Shown here piece after piece: positions 42,237 through 52,412 of a stretch of DNA of 64,000 nt. The DNA is from Candidatus Marinacidobacterales bacterium (lineage in GTDB: Bacteria; Acidobacteriota; Vicinamibacteria; Marinacidobacterales; DATDRI01): NCBI GenBank assembly GCA_965219415.1, contig CBDCNP010000001.1:220251-284250 (forward strand). The letters are read 5' to 3'. The notes below the pieces were generated by a model. It saw only the letters and a list, made by a program, of their open reading frames with translations. It searched no databases and was not told the origin of the DNA. Within the stretch, counting starts at the first letter, position 1. The number at the start of each line of letters is the position of its first letter. The position numbers and the translations under genes were made by a program.

Positions 42237-43692
42237 TCAAGACCCGCACGCCGCCGATATCATCAAAGCGTTGCGATGAAGGGCGCGCTGTTTCTCCCAA
42301 TCGTCGGGGAGTGGATGATGCAAGAGGTAGCTCGAGGTCAGCCCAACGGGCTGGCGGCCGTCGACAATGGTGCGGACGATGTCGGGCGCCAGAAAGGCAT
42401 AACGGATTGCCTTGCGCACGCGGGCCTTTGGGATGGCGTCTTCGGTGGCAATCTCCTCATAGGTTTTGCCCGCTTTGATTCGGTCGAGCCAGGAGAGGGC
42501 ATTGGCGATATTGCGCAGGAGGGTGCGGTCAACGGATTTCATGGGGTTGCCCAGAACGAGCTTGGTCTCGACGCCGCGTCGACGCAAGCGGAACGGTGCG
42601 TGGATGCGGAGTGCGTCCTCGCGAATGCGATCTGGCTCCATAGACAGGCAAGCAGCGAACGCATCTCGGTCGAGCAGGATGGACACAGAGCCGGGGCTGA
42701 TATCGACCCGCCGGATGAAACGGAGCAGGCTGGCTGCCAAGGCACTATCATCATCATCATCATCATCACTATTGCTACCTGGACACAGCCCGTCTAGAAC
42801 GTGACGCACCGAGGCGAGTTCCTGTATCGTCGGAGTGTGGGTCAGCGAGGCCGAGAAGGTCGGTGCCCCCACATGCTGTTGGACGAGATGTACGACGGTC
42901 CGTTCCAGCGTGGGTGCAGGCAGACGCCAACCGGAGAGGTCCTTGTTGCCACTGTGCTGGATGAGGTGCCGGGAGACGTAGTAGCCGGAACCGTTGCCCG
43001 CTCTTCTTTTTCGTATGGCTCGGCGTCAGCCGATCCCCGTTCTCATCGAAGAGCTTGCCGGCGAGAGGGGAGGGAGCTGCAAGGCCCTTGGTCGTGCGTT
43101 TCCTCGGTTTGGTAGCCCCTGCCTGCAGCTGCGTCTGGACCGCGCTCCAGAGCTCGGGAGCGATGATCGGTGGATGCTGGCCCGGGTAGACCCGGCCGCG
43201 GTGCCGGATGCGGCCGGCGTAGAGCGGATTGGTCAGCAGGCAGTGGAGGTGCCCGCGGCGGAACGGTAGACCGCCTGTCTGCGTTCCATCAGCGGCAAGC
43301 CGTTGCTTGGTTCGCAGTCCCAGACGGTCCGCCTCGGCCTTCACCTGCCGGAGCGTTCCGTGCTTTCGGTACAGCGCATAGAGAGTCTGGGCCGTTTCGG
43401 CCTCAGCCTCGTTGATGCGCAGCGTGCGCCCGTCCTGCTCGTAGCCGAGCGGTACATGGCCGCCCATCCATAGTCCCTTGCGCTTGGAGGCAGCGACCTT
43501 ATCGCGGATCCGCTCGGCCGTGACCTCTCGCTCGAATTGCGCGAAGGACAGCAGCATATGCAGCGTCAGTCGTCCCATGCTGGTCGCGGTGTTGAAGGAC
43601 TGGGTCACCGAGACGAAAACCGCGCCAGCCGCCTCCAGCCGTTCGACGAGCTTCGCAAAGTCGGAGAGGGAACGGGTCAGCCGGTCGACCTT
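42237..43692 (-). pseudogene. Large serine recombinase, N-terminus missing, frameshifted
   Basis: KVDRLTRS, TSMGRLTL..FAQFERE..ERIRDK, LTNPLYAG; catalytic N-terminus absent. Confidence 0.88.
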
Positions 43693-43762
43693 CCCCTTCT
43701 ACCAAGTCAAGCAGAAGACGCCGTTGCACATCTTGATCGACAGCAGCGGTCTCGCTGTACCA
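43691..43762 (+). mobile_element. Short IS5-family (IS903-like) transposase fragment
   Basis: PLHILIDSSGL resembles the IS5 first-Asp motif. Confidence 0.5.
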
Positions 43763-44100
43763 AGGCACTGAAAGGGCCTCATTTTCGGTTTTGGTCTCGA
43801 ATCTCGATTTCCGAGGGACACGTTTGCGCCAAAGAGGCGAGCGGCGTCTGACCGGGCCGTGCGGCGGCGGAAAAGAGACCACCCGAGGGGGCCAGAATCG
43901 AGGCCTGGGCTAGCGCGCCGCTTAGCTGGCTAGCACGTTCTGGTCCAAGTGCGCCTAGACCTCCTTGATGTCTTTACTTGTCTCGAATTTGGCCTCAACT
44001 AGGGTCCGGACCTCGACAATACCGTTCACGGGAGAGAAGGCGAAGCGCGGCTGACGTGAACGGGTGGTACTATTCCCCAAAACATGGCTGGACGGAAAAC

Positions 44101-45135
<1,035 letters not shown>

Positions 45136-45300
45136 GGTGCTTCCTCCATTAAGTGTTGGTGCGATGACGCTAAGACCCTACGGTGCATTAAATACAGCCA
45201 AATTAGCGTTCGTGACCTTCGCTGCGCGCTAAATGGAGCGTAAGCGCCTTTTTTGCAAAGGGATGCGTACACATTACCAACAGTAAACGGCGCAAGCACC
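45136..45300. mobile_element. MITE-like element, copy A (165 bp)
   Basis: Imperfect 24-bp terminal IRs GGTGCTT...AAGCACC; similar to 46973-47139. Confidence 0.7.
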
Positions 45301-45379
45301 CAACGGACGTGAACGTAGCTTGCTGCTATACTGCCGCCCATTCGGCACGCACCTCATATCGTTTCTAGAGGAGGAGTTC

Positions 45380-46966
45380 ATGAAAAAGATCACGACGGTC
45401 TGTCGCTTCGCAGCGGTGGTGTTTCTCCTGGCCGGCTCATCCGCAGCGCAGTTCGAGAACGTGGGCTCACTCGATTTTCCGACGTCGGGATCGCCCGAAG
45501 CACAGACGCACTTCCTGCGAGGCATCGCCATTCTTCACAGCTTCGGGTGGAAGCAGGCCGTCGAGCAGTTCCACAAGGCGCAGGAGCTCGATCCCGATTT
45601 CGCGATGGCGTACTGGGGTGAGAGCCTATGCTACAACCACCCGTTGCACCAGGACCAGGACCTCGAATCTCCTCGCGCGGTGTTGAAGCGCCTCGGCGAG
45701 ACTCGAGAGGAGCGCCTGTCAAAAGCTCCTACCGATCGCGAGAAAGGGTTTCTCGAGGCCGTGGAGATCCTCTGGGGAGAGGGTGACGTCGTCGAGCGCA
45801 AAGTCGGCTATATGGAGGCCATGCGCCGCCTCTACGAAAGATACCCCGACGAAGACGAAGTGGCGAGCTTTTACGCGCTCTCGACGATTGCGGCGGTGCG
45901 GCCGTCCGGCGACACGACGTTTCGCTTGTATGTTCAGGCCGGCGCGCTGGCGATGCAGGTCTTCGCGAGGAATCCGAACCACCCCGGAGCGGCCCACTAC
46001 ATCATTCACGCGTTCGACGATCCCGTCCACGCGCCGCTGGCACTTCCCGCCGCAAGGCGTTTTGCGGAGATCGCTCCCGCCGTCTCGCACGCACGCCACA
46101 TGCCTTCACACATTTTCATCCAGCGGGGAATGTGGGAGCAGGTATCGAAGTCGAACCGTTCTGCCTACGACGCGGCGGTCGAGCTCTGGGAGCCGGGTGA
46201 CAGCGTCGGCGACACGGTTCATGCGCTCGATTGGGGGCAGTACGGTGACCTGCAGCGGGGAGATTACGAGCAGGCGGCCTCGTGGAGGAAGGCGCTCGAC
46301 GAGGTCGTCGAGAAGAGCGCGGCCGCCGAGCGGGCCGTCTCGAGCGTGCCGCTGCTCCGCGCCCGATACATCGTGGAGACGGAGAGTTGGGAGACCAAGC
46401 CCGTCGCTGTGGAATCTCCATCTCACGAGCTTTTGGCAACCGGGATCAGCGCGTTCAAGCTCGGAGAGGGGGATCTGCTCAAGAAGGCGGCGGCTCAGCT
46501 TCGGGCCACCGCCGACGGTCAGGCGAAAGACTCCTCGGTCTATAACCGGGATGCCAAGCCCACGCGCATCATGCAGCACGAGGTCGAAGCGCTCGCCGCG
46601 CTGACCAAAGGAGACGAGGACGGCGCCATCGAGCTCTTGAAGCTGGGTATCGAAGTGGCGGAGAGCATGCGCCCGCCCAACGGCGCCGCGAATCCGGTCA
46701 AGCCGGTACACGAACTCGCGGGCGAAGTGTCCCTCGAGATCGACCGGCCGTCGGACGCCGTCAAGTTTTTCGAGAAACAACTCCTTCGAACCCCCAATCG
46801 ACCGCGCTCTCTCCTCGGGCTCGCGCGAGCCTACGCCAAGCTCGGAAACCGGCCGCTCGCGAGCGAGCAGTACGAGAAGCTTCTTAATGCCTGGAGCTCG
46901 TTCGACCTTCCGGAAAAGGAAGAGGCGACTCGGTATCTGACAGCAACCGATGCCGACGATCGCTGA
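45380..46966 (+). CDS. Secreted TPR-repeat protein
   Basis: GGAG RBS, signal peptide; DPDFAMAYWG, HPGAAHYIIH, HARHMPSHIF. Confidence 0.88.
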   Translation: MKKITTVCRFAAVVFLLAGSSAAQFENVGSLDFPTSGSPEAQTHFLRGIAILHSFGWKQAVEQFHKAQELDPDFAMAYWGESLCYNHPLHQDQDLESPRAVLKRLGETREERLSKAPTDREKGFLEAVEILWGEGDVVERKVGYMEAMRRLYERYPDEDEVASFYALSTIAAVRPSGDTTFRLYVQAGALAMQVFARNPNHPGAAHYIIHAFDDPVHAPLALPAARRFAEIAPAVSHARHMPSHIFIQRGMWEQVSKSNRSAYDAAVELWEPGDSVGDTVHALDWGQYGDLQRGDYEQAASWRKALDEVVEKSAAAERAVSSVPLLRARYIVETESWETKPVAVESPSHELLATGISAFKLGEGDLLKKAAAQLRATADGQAKDSSVYNRDAKPTRIMQHEVEALAALTKGDEDGAIELLKLGIEVAESMRPPNGAANPVKPVHELAGEVSLEIDRPSDAVKFFEKQLLRTPNRPRSLLGLARAYAKLGNRPLASEQYEKLLNAWSSFDLPEKEEATRYLTATDADDR

Positions 46967-46972
46967 CGCCCC

Positions 46973-47139
46973 GGTGCTTCCGCCATTAAGTGTTGAGTGA
47001 GATGACGCTAAGACATTACGCTGCATTAAGTTACAGCCAAAATAGCGCTCACGACCTTCGCCGCACGCTAAATGGAGCGTAAGCAACTTCTTTGCAAAGG
47101 GATACGTACACATCACCAACAGCGAACAGCGCAAGCACC
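46973..47139. mobile_element. MITE-like element, copy B (167 bp)
   Basis: Same termini and orientation as copy A. Confidence 0.7.
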
Positions 47140-47140
47140 C

Positions 47141-47430
47141 TTTGGTGACCTGTTTTGCTCTGTTACTGCTCGTTTGCAGCCAAGACCCGAATAGCTCTAC
47201 TTGCCCCCACTTGAGCCTTACGACTGCGATAGTCGGAAAGGAGTTCCCGTCGACGACGCGTCCATCGATGAGGCGTAAGAGCTTTTCACTTACAATGATT
47301 TACGGGCGGAGCCTCCGTCGGAGGGTTTACGACACGGCCCTCTTTCAGGCGTCAAGGAGGTTGAGATTGCCGTATAGAAAAGCGGATTAACGCCAATTCA
47401 AAAATAAGCTCGAACGACTACCCGTCGATG
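47141..47430 (+). repeat. About 290-bp non-coding repeat, copy 2
   Basis: Inverted copy of 41858-42147; abuts MITE B. Confidence 0.92.
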
Positions 47431-47454
47431 CTTCTCTCCTAGACAGTCCGGCGC

Positions 47455-47783
47455 GTGAGCGACGCGATCGTTCTCGGCACCGATACCGACGTCGGGAAGA
47501 CGCCTTCGCCCTCCTTTGGATGGCCGCCTTCCCGAAGGACTTTGCCTATTGGAAACCGGTAGAGACCGGGCCCTCCGACACCGAAACCATCGAACGACTC
47601 GCACCCGAATCGCGAGTTCACCCTCCCCTCGCCCGCTTTCGTGACGCGGTGGCTCCAGAGGTCGCCGCGGAGCGCGAAGGACGTTCGGTACCCGATGTCG
47701 GCGAAATCTTGGACGCCGTTCCCGAAGACACGCGTTCTCTCCTCATCGAGACGTTCGGGAGTCCGCTCTCGCCCCTTGACCCG
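47455..47783 (+). pseudogene. bioD: Dethiobiotin synthetase N-terminal part of a bioD-bioA fusion (frameshift near 47502)
   Basis: GTDTDVGKT, YWKPVETG, IETFGSPLSPL. Confidence 0.85.
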
Positions 47784-49197
47784 AAACTACCCTCCGGAAG
47801 CCTGGGGAGTGAGGGTGTATCCGAGAGCTTCGGCTGCCCTTTGTAAACCGTTGATGTGGTTTTGGCGAAAACGGTCTTCGAAGGCACGTTCGCCGATATC
47901 GATGTAATCGTGGCCATATTTGAGCATGCGGAAGACGAGCTGGGCGAGCTTGCGTGCTGTAGCAAAGACGGCGGTTTTGCCATCTTTACGGCGAGCAGTG
48001 CGGCGATAGTAAGCGCCTAGGGCGGTCTTGGAGCGGGAGAGAGATACAGCGGCCATACGTAAGGCACCGGCGATGCGATTGGAGCCGGCGCCGTTGCGGC
48101 GTTTGGAGAGTTGTTTACCGCCGGAGATAGGGCGACGTGGGGCGAGATGTAGCCATGAGACGAAGAATTTTTCGAAGGGGAAATCAGAGAGGTCGAATCC
48201 GATCTCGGTGAGGACAATGGCGGCGGTGGTTGGACTGATTCCGTCGATCCTGGTGAGGTCGCATCCAGCAAAACGCCACAGCTCGTTGCGCAGTTCGCTC
48301 TCGCCCCGATGCTGCATGTCGTATCGTTTTTGCGGATTTGGATGAGCTGGCACGTTGTGGTGTCTGCGTTGTGGCGGCTGGAGTTCGATGAGCACTTCAA
48401 GGATACGCTGGTCGAACAGTTCGACTTCGGCTTGTAGCGCATCGTAGAGACGCAGAGCCGATGCGAGGTTGAAAAGATGCTCGTCACGCCAAGTGCCGGT
48501 AAGATGCTCGGCGATCTCCTCTTCGCTCTTCTTGCAGCGTTGGTCACGAAATGCAGCCAGCTTTGACGGGTCACGCTCACCATCAACGATGGCGCGCACG
48601 ATGAGCATGCCTGTGACGCCGGTAATGTCGGTCACTGCACGATGGACCTGAACGTTCATTTGGTCCAGAGATTTCTGTATCCATTGAATAGCTCGACTAC
48701 ACTGCTCGATGAGGCTGCAACGCTGTCGGTGAAGCGAGCGTAGGCGGCAGATCGACTCACCAGGACGAAACGAGCCTCGCAACAGACCACAGCTGTGTAA
48801 CAGCTGCAGCCACTGACAGTCATGCATATCGGTTTTACGCCCGGGGACGTTTTTTAACTGTCGAGCATTTACCAGCACCACTTCAAGACCCCGCGATTCA
48901 AGCAACTCATAAATCGGAATCCAATAGACGTAGGTGCTTTCCATCGCAACCGATTCGACTCCTTGCTCGATGAGCCAATCCCCCATTTGATTCAAAGACG
49001 GTGTCGTTGGGGAGTGCTTCCGTTCAAAGCCTCGCCAATGATAGGGAGCCGGCTCGGACCCAAGCTCGTCCTGGGGCATTAGTGCACCAGTGGTGCTACG
49101 GGGTTTAGCTGCCGGGGCCTTCACCGACAACCCTTTTATCAGCTCAGGTAGTTTCTCGCCTGATAGGGCCGGCCTCAGCCGGCGGCCTTGCTCGTCC
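47783..49197 (-). mobile_element. IS110-family element; transposase lacks its N-terminus; non-coding left end retained
   Basis: AMESTYVYW, RKTDMHDC, ISGG; 9-bp IRs GAAACTACC (47783-47791) and GGTAGTTTC (49147-49155). Confidence 0.88.
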
Positions 49198-50791
49198 GGA
49201 CGTTCTGCAGATCGAGCTCGTCCGCCTTTTCGAACGACCGAGTCTCCTGATCGGCTCGACGGCGGTGGGTGCGGTGGGACGAGCCCTTCAGTCCGTCGAG
49301 ACGCTTCGGGCAAACGGCATCGAGCCCCGCGCACTAGTACTCATCGGGCCCACCGACACATACGCCGAGTCCAAGATTCGCCAGCATGGGGGGCTCGACG
49401 TTTTCACGCTAGAGCCACCGGCAACGTTCGACGTGGAAGGCGTGCTTCTTTGTGTCGAGAAACAAATCGATATCCTGCGCTCCTTATACGAAAAGCTCGA
49501 GTCCGAGCCATCGATCGACACAAACTGGGTTGGGCGCGATCGACGCTCGGTGTGGCATCCCTACACCTCTCTCAGAGATCCCGATGAGCCTCTGAACGTC
49601 GTCGACTCGCGCGATGAGTTCCTCATTCTGGAAGACGGCCGGCAGATCATCGATGGCTTCTCCTCGTGGTGGACGATCCAACACGCACACCGTTACCCGC
49701 CGCTTATGAAGGCCCTCCGCGACGCCGCGCGCCGATACGACCATGTTGTCTTCGCGGGCGTCACCCACCCGCCCGCCATCGAGCTCGCGGAACGAATGCT
49801 CGCCAGCATGCCCTGGTCGGGTGGCCGCGTCTTCTACTCGGACAACGGAAGCACCGCAGTTGAAGTCGCCCTCAAGATGGTCTATCAGCATTGGTGTCAC
49901 CGCGGTGAGCCGGGACGGCGCTTGTTCGTCGGCTTCGAAGGCGGCTATCACGGCGATACGTTCGGCGCGATGGCGGTGAGTCGCGATCCACTGTTCTTTG
50001 GTACCTTCGAGCCCTTGCTCTTCGAATCGCGGATCGTCCCGCTTTCACCGAAGAGCCTGGATAGGCTACTCGTGCGAGAAGGTAGTCGGGTCGCGGACGT
50101 GATCATCGAGCCGCTGGTTCAAGGAGCCGGCGGAATGCGTATGCACTCCGGGGAAACGCTTGCCGCGCTCGCGGACGTGGCGCGCAAGCACGGCGTGCTC
50201 TTCATCGCCGACGAAGTCATGACCGGAGGTGGTCGCACCGGAACCCTTTGGGCGCACGAGGCCACCGGTATCACACCCGATCTGGTCTGCGCCGGGAAAA
50301 CCATCGCCGGGGGAATTCTTCCCATCGCCACGACCCTGGTCGCGCCTCACATCGTCCAGGCCTTCGACACCGAGGATCGGTCCCGCACGTTTTTCCACGG
50401 ACACTCCTTTACGGCGCATCCGCTTTCGTGCGCCGTGGGCGTTGCCAACTGGCGGCTTATGGAAGACGGGCTCGGCGAAGAACCGCGACAGATAGAGAGC
50501 TTTTGGCGAGAGCGAATCGAGCCAATGCGATCGCGTGAGGGCGTCAAAGACGTCCGCATCCAAGGAACGATCGCCGCCATCGAGCTCGACCTCCCGGGAG
50601 GTTATCTCGCCGACGCGGGCCGCCGCATGCGTCGCGTGTGTCTCGAGAAAGGCGTCTGGCTGCGACCCCTAGGGAACGTTCTCTATGCCTTACCCCCTTT
50701 TCGCACGTCTCGAGCCTCACTCGAACAAATAGCCGACGCCATGGAAGCGGCGCTCGCGGACGTTCTTGCCTCCGAAGGTCATTCGGACTAG
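49198..50791 (+). CDS. bioA: BioD C-terminus fused to DAPA aminotransferase BioA
   Basis: VWHPYT, SSWW, SDNGSTAVEVALK, YHGDT, DEVMTG, GKT, HGHSFT. Confidence 0.9.
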
Positions 50792-50921
50792 GTTCAGGAC
50801 CGGGCACTTCCAGACACGGCCTTGCTCGTGTAGGGATAGCTCCCGAAACTTTCTCGAGCGGTAAGTCACAAGCAGAGCAACATCTTGGCCCGACGAGGCC
50901 AAATTACGAAGGAGCCATATC

Positions 50922-52361
50922 ATGGAGTACAAGCTCTGGATCGACGGGGGATGGACCGATAGCGAAGGGACAGAACGTATGCCCCTTGAGAACCCAGCCA
51001 ATGGGCAGAAGTTCGCCGACGTCGTTGACGCCAGCACGGAAGATATAGAAAAAGCTGTGCAGGCTGCTAAAACGGCCTTTTACGACGGTCGCTGGTCGAA
51101 GAAGACGCCCGGTGAACGTTCGACGATTCTCGGGAGATTGGCCGACCTGATGGAGGCCCGCTCCGCAGAATTGGCCCGAGCCGAATCCGAGAACACCGGA
51201 AAGCCGTATCAATTCGCCAGCTTGGGTACTGACATGCCCTTTATTATTGACAACATGCGGTACTTCGCGGCCGCCGCCCGTGACACACACGGCTCGAGTG
51301 CCGGGGAGTATATGGCCGGGTACACCTCCATCCACCGTCGGGAACCAGTCGGTGTAGTGGGTCAAATCGCCCCGTGGAACTACCCTTTGATGATGGCGGT
51401 TTGGAAAATAGGGCCGCCCTTGGCGGCCGGGTGCACTGTGGTACTGAGACCGAGCTCCAGAACACCCATAACCGCATTAATGTTGGCCGAACTTTCGACA
51501 GAAGCCGGCCTGCCCCCAGGTGTGCTCAACGTCATCACCGGTGGAAGCAATACCGCGCAGGCTCTTGTGGAGCACCCGGATATTAGGATGATCAGTATTA
51601 CCGGATCCACGCAAGTTGGCCGACAGGTGATGAAAACTGCTGCCAAGACGGTCAAACGTTTGCATCTGGAGCTGGGCGGCAAAGCACCGGTGATCATTTT
51701 CGATGACGCCGATCTGGAGCTGGTGGCTTCCAAAGTCACGTTCGCTTCCACCTACAATACGGGTCAGGACTGCACCGCGGCCACACGCCTCTACGTTGAC
51801 CAACGACGTTACGAGCAGTTGAAAGACGCCATGGTCGAAGCGACGAGACGAGTCAAATTGGGCGATCCCTTCGACGACGAGACCGAGGTGGGGCCACTAA
51901 TCTCAGGGGCGCAGCGAGAGAGTGTGCATGGCTTCGTAGAGCGCGCGCGCGCGGAAGGGTCCACCATCCTCACCGGCGGAAAAGTCCCAGCCGGTTTTTC
52001 GGAAGGATACTATTACGAGCCAACGGTGATTGCAGGACCGGCCCAGGACTCTGAAATCGTTCAAACAGAAGTCTTCGGTCCGGTCTCGACGATTCAACCC
52101 TTTCGAAACGAGGAGGAGGCTCTGCGGCTAGCTAACGACGTCGCTTTCGGTCTGGCGGCGTCCGTTTTTACCAGGGACGTCGGCCGAGCTATGCGAGTTG
52201 CGGCGAACCTGGAATTCGGTGTCGTGTGGGTTAATGATCATATGGTCTTCGCCTCGGAGATGCCGCACGGTGGCTTCAAGCAATCTGGGTTCGGAAAGGA
52301 TCTTTCCATCGAGTCCATGCATGACTACCAAGTCTCGAAGCACGTGATGATCGCCCAGTGA
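50922..52361 (+). CDS. Aldehyde dehydrogenase (aminobutyraldehyde/betaine aldehyde type)
   Basis: APWNYP, ELGGK, NTGQDCTA, EVFGP, EMPHGG. Confidence 0.93.
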   Translation: MEYKLWIDGGWTDSEGTERMPLENPANGQKFADVVDASTEDIEKAVQAAKTAFYDGRWSKKTPGERSTILGRLADLMEARSAELARAESENTGKPYQFASLGTDMPFIIDNMRYFAAAARDTHGSSAGEYMAGYTSIHRREPVGVVGQIAPWNYPLMMAVWKIGPPLAAGCTVVLRPSSRTPITALMLAELSTEAGLPPGVLNVITGGSNTAQALVEHPDIRMISITGSTQVGRQVMKTAAKTVKRLHLELGGKAPVIIFDDADLELVASKVTFASTYNTGQDCTAATRLYVDQRRYEQLKDAMVEATRRVKLGDPFDDETEVGPLISGAQRESVHGFVERARAEGSTILTGGKVPAGFSEGYYYEPTVIAGPAQDSEIVQTEVFGPVSTIQPFRNEEEALRLANDVAFGLAASVFTRDVGRAMRVAANLEFGVVWVNDHMVFASEMPHGGFKQSGFGKDLSIESMHDYQVSKHVMIAQ

Positions 52362-52412
52362 TCCCGCGATAGCTCTCGATAAACGGATGAGCCTGCTTTG
52401 CTGGAGCTCGTG

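Noticed and set aside
49009-49334. N-terminal 110 aa of the 515-aa IS110 ORF
   Set aside because: Read-through of the non-coding IS end and antisense bioD; not transposase sequence
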